Positions 25,403 through 38,494 of a stretch of 64,000 nt of DNA are shown in pieces. Made by a program: the position numbers and the translations under genes. The notes under the pieces were generated by a model. The model was given only the letters and a program-made list of their open reading frames with translations, made no database searches and was not told where the DNA came from. The stretch is from Haliotis cracherodii (Eukaryota). The stretch lies in the NCBI RefSeq assembly GCF_022045235.1, contig NW_027266297.1, positions 6,882,001 through 6,946,000 of the forward strand. The letters run 5' to 3'. Numbering within the stretch: position 1 is the stretch's first letter; each line of letters opens with the position of its first letter.

Positions 25403-26348
25403 ATAAATAAGGGGAGATGTTAGTTTTCATTCCAGAAAACGTAGTTCTGTCCATCAATATAGAGGCAGATACTACAAAACGTAATAGGGTGAAAACGGCT
25501 TGTGATCCAAAGACAACAGCTATCTAACAGAATGGTCTTTAGAAGGCATGGAATGAATGGATGCCTCCATGCAAGTATTGTGTGGTCTATGAAGGAGACA
25601 ATGGACGATGTATAGCAGCAGATGGTGCCTTTACCGTTATACTGGACAAGGTAGGACTTATGGCACTCGATAGAGGTCTAATTGAAGACATCGGCAGCAA
25701 TAGACGTAATAGAGAGCTGAAGGCGAATCCGAGATCAGTGGATCTGAGTGGTGTCCATAAACCATATTCAGTAATTTGTGTGCCTCTGCCAGGAAATAAG
25801 CCCAGGTGAGGATTAAATCCCATTAGAAGAGTTGTACATCACTGTGGAATTAATTGCAAAAAAATATTTCGGAAACGCTTTTTAGTCCCGAACCATTTAA
25901 CTAACCAACTCAGATACGGAAGTGTCTCAAGGAGATCACCTAGCGCCGGGGATAAGGCGATTGAAATTGTACGTACCATTGTACATTGATAAGACGTTGT
26001 CCTGTATTTAGCCCATGGATAGGAGAGAAAATGGCGAATAAACAGCGTGGCTGCAATATTTAATCACACGTGATTCCCGGTCTTTAAGGCAGATCATTAT
26101 GTACGAACCATTACAAGCTAAATATGCCATACCTGCCTGGGGTGCTATCTTTTTAGAAACAGAAAAATGTTTCCGTCACTGCTTCAGAAATGTGTTTGAT
26201 TTGGAGCCGAATTCTTATATTATTATGTTCCCAACACATCTTCTTTTAAGGCATCCAGCATGTCCATTTTTCAAACGGGCTGTCCCTTGTTTAGAGACGT
26301 CAATTATTGTAACCCTTAAGACGTCTTCGTTCCGAATAGTTTGGATGG

Positions 26349-26792
26349 GCATGTTCAATCCCTGACAACCACAGACCCTACTGAATATGAACACGTTCAA
26401 TCCATGACAATCACAGACCCTACTGAATATGAACACGTTCAATCCATGACAATCACAGACCCTACTGAATATGAACACGTTCAATCCCTGACAATCACAG
26501 ACCCTGCTGAATATGAACACGTTCAATCCCTGACAACCACAGACCCTACTGAATATGAACATGTTCAATACATGACAACCACAGACCCTACTGAATATGA
26601 ACACGTTTAATCCATGACAACCACAGACCCTACTGAATATGAACACGTTTAATCCCTGACAACCACAGACCCTACTGAGTATAAATACGTACAGTCCATG
26701 ACAACCACAGACCCTACTGAATATGAACACGTTCAATCCCTGACAACCACAGACCCTACTGAATATGAACACGTTCCATCACTGACAACCAC
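26349..26792. repeat. 42-bp minisatellite, about 10.5 copies
   Basis: Unit acagaccctactgaatatgaacacgttcaatccatgacaacc. Confidence 0.95.
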
Positions 26793-27206
26793 ACTCCAGA
26801 GCAACAATAATCCGCAGTGACTTAAAGGCGCTCTCCGAGTACGTGGCTTCATAAAAATGCATATAATGTTCACCACTAATTTGCCTTTAACGCCTAATGG
26901 AATCTATTTCGGCGAATATTCGAGACTGGTTGTTCCCTGGCGTTGGCTGTATATATGTACGTGTATTTAGAGCACAACAATGGGGCTGTGGTAAAGTATT
27001 CTAACCAATGCGACAGTTCACCTTCCGTGACAGTAGTCATTTGTGACAGTGCCTAATTAAATTTATGTTAAAAAATGAAACCATAGTAAAAAAACGAAAT
27101 CAGTGAGGTTTCAGGTTTTGGTGTTGAATTTGAACCTGGAAATGTCCTAGAAGAATGTACACATTGACATCTAGGCTATCGCAGTGACTCGTTTGTGTTC
27201 CTCCTA

Positions 27207-27247
27207 TCTCGTGGAGTCTCGTGGAGTCTCGTGGAGTCTCGTGGAGT
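27207..27247. repeat. (TCTCGTGGAG)4 decamer repeat
   Basis: Read directly from the sequence. Confidence 0.9.
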
Positions 27248-27733
27248 ATCAACAACCTCTATTCACTCCAGGTGACCATCAGTGGCGAAACATGAGCAAT
27301 ACAATTCATTAAAATTATAAATAACATGGCACGGCAAGATGACAAGTGCATAAACACAATGATTGGGTTAATCCTTTTTGGATAAACTGTAACGTTGTGG
27401 AGAACAGTTTTGTTTTCAGATGATACAAATATTGTTACATTGTTTCAGAAAATATGAGTATTATTGTGACAATGGCAGATATTTGTTGAGGCAAAGATTC
27501 ATAAACAACGTCTTGATTTCAACAAATTGTAACTTGTAATCCCCCAGAGATATAACTCTCACAAGAAATCGATATTTTGTTCTTATCCCTGAAACAATTG
27601 GAAGTGAGATAGTTTAGGAATTTATATTGGTCTAACCTAATAGACTAAAAGCTTGGCTGGCTATGTCATTTCAAATAACAGAATATTGATCGTAAATTTC
27701 AACATACGTTCAGAAAAATATCAAGAAAGAAGA

Positions 27734-29681
27734 GTGTAACAGATGGACAGGTGTAGCTTTGTGTAACAGAAGACCAGGTATAGCTGTGTGTCACAGATGA
27801 CCAGGTATAGCTAGATGTAACAGATGACCAGGTGTGGTCAGGTGTAACAGATGACCAGGTATAGCTAGGTGTAACAGATGACCAGGTATAGCCAGGTGTA
27901 ACAGATGACCAGGTATAACTAGGCGTAACAGATGACCTGGTGTAGTCAGGTGTAACAGATGACCAGGTATAGCCAGATGTAACAGATGACCAGGTAAAGC
28001 TAGGCGTAACAGATGACCAGGTATTGCTAGATGTAACAGATGACCAGGTATAGCCAGATGACCAGGCCTAGCTAGGTGTAACTGAAGACCAGGTATTGCT
28101 AGATTTAACAGATGACCAGGTGTAGCCCGATGTAACAGATGGCCAGGTGTAGTCAGATGTAACAGATAGCCAGGTATAGCCAGGTGTAACAGATGACCAG
28201 GCCTAGCTAGGTGTAACAGATGACCAGGTATAGCCAGATGTAACAGATGACCAGGTATAGCCAGATGTAACAGAAGACAAGGCCTAGCTAGGTGTAACAG
28301 ATGACCAGGTATAGCCAGATGTAACATAATACCAGGTATAGCCAGATGTAACAGAAGACAAGGCCTAGCTAGGTGTACCAGATGACCAGGCCTAGTTAGG
28401 TATAACAGATGACCAGGTAGAGCCCGATGTAACAGAAGACCAGGTATAGCCAGATGTAACAGAAGACCTGGTGTAGCCAGGTGTAACAGATGACCAGGTA
28501 TAGCCAGATGTAACAGATAGCCAGGTGTAGCCCGATGTAACAGAAGACCAGGCCTAGCTAGGTGTAACAGATGACCAGGCCTAGCTAGGTGTAACAGATG
28601 AGTGAGTGAGTGAGTGAGTGAGTGAGTGAGTGAGTTGGGTTTAACGCCGCTTTTAACATTATTCCAGTTATATCACGGCGTGTGAGCTTAATGTTGGAGG
28701 AAAGCCCGAAGTGATGCAGGTCTAAGACGTTTACCACTTCAGTGAAACCCACGAGCACGGGTGTGGTGCTGACAAACCTCGAAACATAATCAGGGCGAAC
28801 CGTGATTCGAACCCACAATCATAGGTTTCTGGCGTGTCCAGGGACGCAACTCTGCACAGCGAATCGCGGCGCCTTAGACGGCTGGGCCACCCGTGCCCCC
28901 GTGTAACAGATGACCAGGTATATCCAGATGTAACAGATGACCAGGTATAGCTAAATGTAACAGATGACCAGGTATAGCTAGATATAACAGATGACCAGGT
29001 GTAGTCAGGTGTAACAGATGACCAGGTATAGCCAGGTGTAACAGATGACCAGGCCTAGCTAGGTGTAACAGATGACCAGGTATAGCCAGATGTAACAGAT
29101 GATCAGGTATAGCCAGGTGTAACAGATGACCAGGCCTAGCTAGGTGTAACAGATGACCAGGTATAGCCAGGTGTAACAGATGACCAGGTGTAGCCCGATG
29201 TAACAGATGGCCAGGTGTAGTCAGATGTAACAGATAGCCAGGTATAGCCAGGTGTAACAGATGACCAGGCCTAGCTAGGTGTAACAGAAGACCAGGTATA
29301 GCCAGGTGTAACAGATGACCGGGCCTAGCCAGGTGTAACAGATGACCAGGTATAGCTAGATGTAACAGATGACCAGGTGTAGCCCGATGTAACAGTTGGC
29401 CAGGTGTAGTCAGATGTAACAGATAGCCAGGTATAGCCAGATGTAACAGATGACCAGGCCTAGCTAGGTGTAACAGATGACCAGGTATAGCTACGTGTAA
29501 CAGATGACCAGGTGTAGTCAGATGTAACAGATAGCTAGGTATAGCCAGATGTAACAGATGACCAGGTATAGCTAGGTGTAACAGATGACCGGGTATAGCC
29601 AGAAGACCAGGTATAGCTAGGTGTAACAGATGACCAGGTAAAGCTAGGCGTAACAGATGACGAGGCCTAGCTGGGTGTAAC
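27734..29681. repeat. 27-bp minisatellite, about 60 copies, split by a SINE B
   Basis: Unit cagatgaccaggtatagctagatgtaa. The 9-aa HLLHLAIPG periodicity in the ORF track follows from it. Confidence 0.95.
28600..28900 (-). mobile_element. SINE family B, full length
   Basis: Head GGGGGCACGGGTGGCCCAGCCGTCTAAGGCGCC...GTGGGTTCGAATC and a (TCAC)n tail. gtgtaacagatga is duplicated at the junctions. Confidence 0.93.
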
Positions 29682-31429
29682 ACGACACTGGCAAACACGA
29701 CACGGAACGCACTTCATTATTGATGAAGACACCTTATCACCACATCTACGTAAGAAAAGGCAACTACCGTTTCTCGTTTGGAAACCGTTCCGTTTACAAT
29801 TCAGTAAGGCTGTATTGATTTCGGAGTAAGTTTTCTTAAATAAGCAAAAGAATAGAATCAACTTGAAATGATAAGACGCTAATCTGATAATCCCTGCATA
29901 ATTAACTCAACGTTACTATTCGCTGCATTTTCACGAATTCAACGTTTAAAATCTTCACCGTGCTATCCTTTACTCGACGTTAATATACGCTGTGCTATTA
30001 TTTACTCAACGTTAATCTACCCTGTGTGTTTTCATTAGTTGAACGTAAATCTACAGTGTGTTATCGTACAATCAACTATGCTTTTGCCAGAGATTTTAAA
30101 AATTCAACACCAATCTACATTGTGTAGTTCTAATCATAATCGTCAACCTAAATCTACACTGAGAGAAATTAAGTCTTCTCGTTAACGTCAATTTACAGTG
30201 CATTTTTTGTAAAATTATTAATTCCACGTTAATTTGAACTGCCTCGAGCTCTAATCATACTCACATTAATTGCTATTCTCATATTTACCCTCATTTACTC
30301 ACGTAAATCTACATTACACTGTTTAGTTCTTTTCAATAAAACAAGGTTTATCCACATTGCGTGAAGTTCTAGTCCTATTCAATTCTAATTTCAATCGGGG
30401 CAAAGATTGATAAGTGAATTTCACAATGGCAATAAACCAGAGGGAATTCGTCACCACATGCATACCCAGCGAGAATCTCACGAACATGACACAGCCGAAC
30501 TATATCATCACTGACAGGAAACAGTCAGAGACTGTTAATGTTTTGGGGTAATATTTGTTTGGATGCCATGACGTATCCATTTGCAAACCTCGCAAGCGGT
30601 TTACATAGGAAACAGCCAGCTAATTGACGGAATAAATAGTCCAATCATACTGTTAAATGATTCCAGTTGCCTGGTGGTGCACGCAACGTCTGCATGCTAC
30701 CTTGCGCACAGTCTACCAGTACAAATATATGATCAAGGCTGAATGAATGCTGCAAGAGCGGTGTATGAGCGATCAATGAGATCCGAATGGCCATTGTTCT
30801 CGTAACGGTCCCTCAATACTCGCAAACCTAACAGTCACAAATTGTGTTACAGGTGATATTGATTAATTATCTACCCCGCCTATTTACTAAAGATTTACCC
30901 TTCAAACAGAAAATTATATCTATTATGATTAAACGAGTTGGTGCATTTGCTTATCCCGGCGGATAGGCAGAGTATATTTAGCTTCGTGGTAGTGGTCTGA
31001 TTGGGGTATATGAGGACTTGGTAGGGACTTGTCATCGGTCATCGATATCGATTGTCCGAGAACCTAGCGTTCGGTTCACATCTTCCCTCTCCTCATCCCT
31101 GACAGGGCGAGGGGACATTATATTCATCTATATGGCCTGTGTGCGTTAAGGCAGAACCGACATCTATGCGGTTACTGTGGTGACGTTGGCATCAAATGTG
31201 ACAATTGGTTGTACAATTCCGTTTAAGCTTATTCCATCTCGTAAACTTATTGATTTGTGGTTTGTTTTATGCTGTATTCGAAGGGTATATAATTTTTGGT
31301 GTTGGGATTAACTATGGGGTTGTCCGTTGTGTAGTTAATGAGCACAGTGACATATATCAACGATCTCGTTGGAAAGGTCATAGAATAATGCCGTAGCACT
31401 TGCTTTGATCATTTGTATAAATCTTAGGA

Positions 31430-31657
31430 TTTGTTTGTTTATGTGTTTGTTGTTTAACGCCGCACTCAGCAATATTTCAGCTATATGACTGCGGTCTGTA
31501 AATAATCGAGTCTGGACTAGACAATCCAGTGATTGGCATCATGAGCACTGATCTACACAACTGGGATACGATGACATGCATCAACCAAGTCAGCGAGCCT
31601 GGCCACCCAGTCCATTTAATTGCCTAAAGACCAATTCTAACCCGGATCTCTACGGTG
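31430..31657 (-). mobile_element. SINE family C with internal deletion in the head
   Basis: The body matches other C copies. The head reads ACCGTAGAGATCCGGGTTAGAATTGGTCTTTAG. Confidence 0.88.
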
Positions 31658-32212
31658 CTATATCGCATGACTTTTATATGCTACTTCATTTTTACGTAAG
31701 TAGGGTTACCTGGCGTTAAAGTTATATGGCTAGACTAGTTCACATACTGTAATCTATGTACGCAAAAGGTACCACTGTCCAACACAACAATTAATAGTTA
31801 ACATATCATTTGTAGTTAGTTTTCCTTGGTCGTGTCTTATAGAGTGGGATCGATCCTACGCCTGAACTGCCGTTCCGTTCACTACCAGCAGCCTGGGCAC
31901 TATATATACGTACGCCTTGAAATGTAGTGCATTTGGAACGTGAAATAATCTCACAAAACATGATGCTTTGCATTTGGAACGTTAAATAATCTCCAATAAC
32001 ATGAAGCGTTGCATTTTGTTGATTGTCTCGAACTACGGAGAACTCGAACTGTTCCTAAGGTCCCAACGAGTTCAATACAACGAAGTTGGACTGTATACTG
32101 TTAGTCAGCCTTGTTTTCCGACAACTGAGTACTCCAGGTTCGATTATTGTTCGACCGCCACCATATAGCTGAGTGCGGCGTTAAACAAACAGAGAAACAT
32201 CTTCACACCAGT

Positions 32213-32815
32213 CCATCGTCAACCATCCACCCACCTGTACGTCACAGCACACGTCACACATTGACATCCGTCAACCCTTCATCCACCTGTACGTCACAGC
32301 ACACGTTACACACTGACGTCAGTCAACCCTCCCCCCACCTGTACATCACAGCACACGTTACACATTGACGTCCGTCAACCCTCCACCCACCTCAACATCA
32401 CAGCACACGTTACACATTGACGTCCGTCAACCCTCCCCCCACCTGTACGTCACATCACACGTTACACATTGACGTCCGTCAACCCTCCATCCACCTGTAC
32501 ATCACAGCACATGTTACACATTGACGTCCGTCAACCCTCCCCCCACCTGTACGTCACATCACACGTTACACATTGACGTCCGTCAACCCTCCATCCACCT
32601 GTACATCACAGCACATGTTACACATTGACGTCCGTCAACCCTCCATCCACCTGTACGTCACAGCACACGTCACACATTGACCTCCGTCAACCCTCCATCC
32701 ACCTGTACGTCACAGCACACGTTATAACTTAACGTCAGTCAGCTGTCAACCCTCCACCCACATGTACGACCCAGTAACGTTACACATTGACACAAGTCAC
32801 TTCTCAACCCTCTAT
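32213..32815. repeat. 52-bp minisatellite, about 11 copies
   Basis: Unit cacctgtacgtcacagcacacgttacacattgacgtccgtcaaccctccatc. Confidence 0.95.
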
Positions 32816-33164
32816 CTACTGTTTATAGACAGCCAGGGAAAATACAGAACAATAACGGTATCACTACAGGGCCCGGGGGTGCCGTGAATCAGTACATTCC
32901 AAGGAAAACTGCATCAAGTTAAGCTTGACAAAGACTATCAGCTGGAGTTTACTGTTATCCAGCGATCTACATATCATGTTGTGATAACTATACGTCTCCG
33001 CTAAATGACTCGTCCGTGCAACACGAGACTTGGCTAATGACGAGCAGCTAATGCTGCAACAGTTGGAATTGCATTTCTGTCCGTAAAATGATTTAATCTA
33101 TATGTCTTAAAAATAGGAATAACGTTAAAAAAATATTGTCGATATTTAAATTGTTTAAACGTCC

Positions 33165-33458
33165 TCTAAGTCAAATCAATCATATGTTCCAGATGTCACA
33201 AACACGTGGTTTATCTGATGGGGTATTTGTACACGTTTTTATGTTCAAACACATACATTCTTTGGTTTCATTTCCAATAACAACAATGATGATTATAATT
33301 CATTCATTTTTCTAAGTCAAATCAATCATATGTTCCAGATGTCACAAACACGTGGTTTATCTGATGGGGTATTTGTACACGTTTTTATGTTCAAACACAT
33401 ACATTCTATGGTTTTATTTCCAATAACAACAATGATGATTATAATTCATTCATTTTTC
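33165..33458. repeat. 146-bp direct tandem duplication
   Basis: tctaagtcaaatcaatcatatg at 33165 and 33311. The copies are nearly identical. Confidence 0.93.
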
Positions 33459-33743
33459 TCATTTATGAGAAAATGAAGAAAAACGCGTGTTTCCTGATTA
33501 AAGTTGAAACTTGCTGATCTCAAGTAGACATACTCATTTCTGGAATGACGTCACATAAATTTTGTATGACATTATGGACATTGTGTGACGTCATTTCCCT
33601 TCGCAAACAATGAAAATATTGGAACAATTGGAAGAAACTAGCCAATCCGCATGAAGGCAAACTTATTATGCTAAGTGAGAATACTGAAACTAATTTTACT
33701 CATATCTGTCCCGCTATCATTATAACTTGTTTTACAATGGGAC

Positions 33744-33782
33744 ATAAAAGCGACGTAAAACCATATTCACTCACTCACTCAC
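33744..33782 (+). mobile_element. Tail-only SINE A insertion (~39 bp)
   Basis: taaaagcgacgtaaaaccatattcactcactcac flanked by TSD tacaatgggac (33733-33743, 33783-33793). Confidence 0.8.
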
Positions 33783-33980
33783 TACAATGGGACCATATCC
33801 CTTCGTTTCAGTTACGGGTGACGTGAATGACTTAATAGAGAGTTCGATCGTAAGACATTTGGTTCTGGTTTAATTCAACGAAGATCAATCCATCATGTCG
33901 CATACCGTGGACAAGCGGTATGTAGTGGTTCAAGTTTAGGTAATCTGTCTCGATGTCCTAAAATTGTTTTGTGATAAACA

Positions 33981-34333
33981 GAGGTGAGGTGAGGTGAAAT
34001 TGGGTTTAACGTCGCGTCCAAGATTATTGCACTTATATAGCGACGTGCATGCATTTGTGTGTGTGTCTGCTTGTACTATAACGGACTGATGCTGATTTAT
34101 AGTGCTAGCCCACTGAGATACCATGCCGCAGTTTAACATAAATACCACACTCAGACACAGTATACTGACTCCGAGCCGTCCAGTCCTTGCTTTAACCCCT
34201 TAATGCCGAGCGCCAGACAGGGTAACAACAAGTACCATGTTTTAACGTCTTTTGGTATGACGCGGCCGGGGATCGAACCCCGGAACTTCCGCTCTCCGGG
34301 CGGACGCTCTACCACTAGACCACGGAGGCGGTT
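33981..34333 (-). mobile_element. SINE family D, full length
   Basis: Head ACCGCCTCCGTGGTCTAGTGGTAGAGCG...GGGTTCGATCCCC, Meta-like body and (CACCT)n tail. TSD ttgtgataaacaga. Confidence 0.92.
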
Positions 34334-34429
34334 GTGATAAACAGACAAAAATAAGAGAAAAATGCTTGTTTTGAAGCAATGAATCAACCCCCAACAATAT
34401 TTTGACGACTATGATCAATACCCTATGGG

Positions 34430-34600
34430 GATACTGGGTTAGAATGGTTCCCTAGCAACTTTAATGGATCCGTTGGTCAGGTTAGGTAGCCCAACGGCGC
34501 GGATCGAGTCTCAATTGCTGTGTCCGGTCCAGACTCGGTAATTTACACGTCACGGTCGTATAACTTGAAAAGTTCTTGTGCGGCGTTAAACAACAAACAG
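34430..34600 (+). mobile_element. SINE family C, highly degenerate
   Basis: gggttagaat...ggtccagactcg...gtgcggcgttaaacaacaaac. Confidence 0.65.
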
Positions 34601-35769
34601 ACTAATCAGCAGAATAACTCATGAAAATTGCATTTCTTATATGTCGACGGATACATGATTGCACTGATAACGCGAAACTGATCTTATAGCAAACCGAAAA
34701 TGGGTAGGTACACTTTCGGAAGTTGTGTTTCTATCCTCTACACTGAGAAATTATGTTCCCACGTTCTGTGCGAACTTAGTGTTTTTCAAATTCTAAATTA
34801 CATTTATATCAAGGGTTCTGAAAGTATCCCTTCAGCCAATCAAGTGCAATTTTCTAGAGACAATGTCTTTGATCGGTGATAATGATGCTGTACTTAATAT
34901 AGGACGGCCTCATCTTCGTCATTAGCGGCAACCGGCTGGACGGTCATGCAGTAAGTAACAAGTACACAGAACCTGACCCGCACTGAAAATAGGGTCGCAC
35001 ACTGGTTAACTTCGGAATCGGTCAGTTGGATGTCAGTACAACATTTCAGGAAAGTATTTGCACTTACAGCTGATTAAACTGAATAAAAATCACGAATTGA
35101 CAATTGAACCACAGATCCGTGTGTCGTTGCTTAACTATTTCGAGATCAATTACAATCACGAGTGTCAGAAATGCACTGTCCTGTTATATCTTTTCACAAG
35201 GCCAGACACTCCGTACAGCATCGCTCGCCTTGTATTGCTGTTTCTTAAGTGAAATCGCAAATCACAAAAAACTTCATATCTACCTTGTTTTGGGTGATTA
35301 TCCTATCGATTCCAATCCATGACACCTCCAGATTCTTTATTGCTATAAAATAATAACCGAGAGTCGTCGACTCGCCACTTTGAAACCAACGGAGCACAAA
35401 TGGCTGACATCAGACCAGCGCAAAATGGCGGGGTGTCGGAAAGCAGCATTCGGGACAAACTCGGGTCATTCCGGGACAAGCCGAACAGCGACTCATGTCC
35501 CTCTGGAGGCCATTATTGCGACCAGGGTCCGTCTAAGCGCAAAGAGGCATAGCTAAAAAGAATTTTGTAATTTTCGGATGCAAAGTAAGCCTATCGGGAC
35601 ATGCGGTATTATACCGTATGAGTGAACACATATAACTGTATCTTGGGTATAATTTTAGATGCAAGATATATGTAAATCAAAAATTATTCCTGAGGGATTC
35701 TTTGACCGAAGAACTTGAAGTCATACGCGTATTTTAATTGGTTTGTCGTATTTTCTATGGTGGCTGAGA

Positions 35770-36750
35770 GAGGACATCGCTTTCTCGCTTTCTCGCTTTC
35801 TCGCTCTATCGTTTTCTCGTTTTCTCGCGCTGTACCAATATTCCCTTTTGGCCACTATATGGGTCGCATGTGTTATAAAAAGTATATACGTAAAACAACA
35901 TTAATGAATTGTTAAACCTGACCTCAGTGGGCGGAGGCTGATGTGGGTTTTAATCATAAAAGGGAGCTGAGATTTTTCCAGTCACATTTCAAATTATACA
36001 TATGGATGGAATGTTGAAATTTTCTCACTATCTGCTTAAACATAACTTAACCGTACAGACGTAGGTGCTTTTATAACAATCCATTGATTTCTACGTAAAA
36101 AACAAATTTGGTTGATTTATGGCCCTATTTAGGAGTTTCATTGGATACCCCGCCCCCAGGCCAAGTTATCAAAACAAACAGCAAATAACAGAGAAGTACT
36201 TCCTAAAAAGAATAGTGTTTTCCTAAAAACAACGCTTATATCAATGTTTATTCTGTTTGCGGAGTAGATGTCATCAAAGAGGAAGTCCTCACCCAAGCAA
36301 TGGTAATACTACCGGATGTCCATGTAATTTCTAGTTTTGGATGACATATTGTTCTCAGTAACCGTAATGTGGAAACAGATAGTTGATTGGTTTTATATTC
36401 AAGTTGGTATTTCCGTTATTCAAAGTGTGCAGCGAGGCCGTCTTATCAACAGTCTTATTTCTGGGACATAAATGCAAAGTATAATTAATTAAGACTACTC
36501 TCCTTTTTTGCATTTATAATTAACTCAAGATTTACAGTACATACTATTCAAAAGAGGTTAAAGAACATCTGATTCTTTCGTATGACTATGGTTAGTCATT
36601 AGAGAAAGCGATAGAGCGAGAAAGCGATAGAGCGAGAAAGCGATAGAGTAAGAAAGCGATAGAACGATCGAGCGAGAAAGCAAGAAAGCGATAGTGCGAG
36701 AGAGCGCGAAAGCGATAGAACGATAGAGCGAGAAAGCGATGTTTCCCATA
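35770..36750. mobile_element. Probable non-autonomous DNA transposon with inverted subterminal (TCGCTTTC/TCGCTCTA)n arrays
   Basis: Left acatcgctttctcgct... (35775-35830) is the reverse complement of right ...agcgagaaagcgatgt (36601-36742). Confidence 0.6.
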
Positions 36751-36868
36751 ATGCCGTACATTAAAACGGTTTTTGCTGATATTTAGTGATCTATTCCTGT
36801 AATTCTCACAACTATTTTGCCTCTTATGATTAGATTATTTAAACATCTTGTAGTAGATAAATATGTTA

Positions 36869-37062
36869 CAAAATACACACAAAAGTTTTTCGCGTTTAGC
36901 TTGTATATTTTCTTGTAGTGTCGTAAATTAGCAAGAATCACAGAATACAGATAGTCACTGTCACCAAAATACACACATAATTTTTTCGCGTTTAGCTTGT
37001 ATATTTTCTAGTAGTGTCGTAAATTAGCAAGAATCACAGAATACAGATAGTCACTGTCACCA
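36869..37062. repeat. 96-bp direct tandem duplication
   Basis: cgcgtttagcttgtatatt at 36891 and 36987. Confidence 0.9.
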
Positions 37063-37719
37063 GGAGCTCCAAGTGCACCGTCTCACACCCCATCGGAGTC
37101 CCCTGGTCAATGGAATGAATTATTCTGTTTTTCGGCTAACTGTCAAAACACGCGATGTTGGCATCGATTAAGGAATATAATTCTTGCCCTCTCAATAAAT
37201 ATCTTAAAATGAGGTATATGCACGTGGTATTCGTATGGGTTATCCGATAATTGTGTTTGCTTGTTGATTTACGTTGCGGCCAGCTGGATCAGACAAACAA
37301 GTGACTGATATTATGAGCAACGATCCACTACCGTGGTACGATTACATGATCTCATGATCATGGCCTACTGGCGCTACTATTGTCATGTCTATGTTAAAGT
37401 ATGGGAGTTACGATCATCTGTGTGCTTTGTGAAACGGGGCCCTGCTAATGTGGGCATTTATTGGACAGTGGTCAGGACCTCATGTAAGCTTTCACATTGG
37501 TGTTAACACCGACCTGTATTATACATTGGTTGGAGGCAGGTGTTCTTTTTGAAAAACAAATTGTTCCAGGACATTCTTAAAAACAAATTTACGATTGTTC
37601 GCGTGGACATTTTGGGCTTCCTCTGATTAAATGTGAGATAAAATATTGTTCAGCTCTTTAGAGAAAAGAAATGTTTGCCTTCAAGTAATGACGAAATATT
37701 AAATGAAAAGTCCTATTTT

Positions 37720-37830
37720 GTGAGTGAGTACGGTTTTACGCAGCTTTTTAAAATATTCCACAATATGCAGCTCTCACACTTACACCCGAGCCTTCGGCGT
37801 GACGAGCGAACGCTTTAACCACTAGGCTAA
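37720..37830 (-). mobile_element. SINE family A, degenerate with deletions
   Basis: gtgagtgagtacggttttacg...ccttcggcgtgacgagcgaacgctttaaccactaggcta. Confidence 0.75.
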
Positions 37831-38494
37831 TATAATGATATCCATTTTGTTTATGGTTACTTCGAAAGCTGAAATGGTCAATTCTGCATCCCCGTACAAC
37901 AAAGGGTTATGACCACGCCCAGAGCAGATCAAGTATGTCAAGATGGGGCACGAGAGGTCCGCCCCCCACAAACAACAATAACCACACCTCAACGTTGCCA
38001 GCCCGCCATCGATCGCCCGAGCAGAACACGGGAAAAACATAAACTACTGTGAGTATTGTATGTATTTTTAAAATCACTTCTTTCACGACGATTACAGCCG
38101 AATGATGTACAGTGTTGGTGGCCACTCACTCTGTGAGAATATAATACGCAATTACTATGCGCATGAATACGTCCGTTCGGGCATACGTTCCGATTTTCGG
38201 CATGGATGCGCATCAGGCTTGACCGAATGTTCAGAATGGCGCTCCTCACCTATTTGTGTCAATATTCGATACGTTATCGATAGATCGTACGACGAACAAA
38301 GAACAGAAACAAAAGAAATGGCGTGACAGATTAACTACAATAAGATGAAAGAATCGGGTGTTTTTTAACTTCTTTTGAGCAGTATATATAGGCACGACTC
38401 TGACTTTGCTATACGTGTTTTTGTTTGCTAAAGATATTTCTTTATATGCTGATGACTTTAAAAGCAAAAATGATTCCTTACATATATGACACAT

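Noticed and set aside
27791-29698. (HLLHLAIPG)n protein
   Set aside because: It is the translation of a 27-bp minisatellite, split by a SINE. A second frame is similarly open and there is no gene structure.
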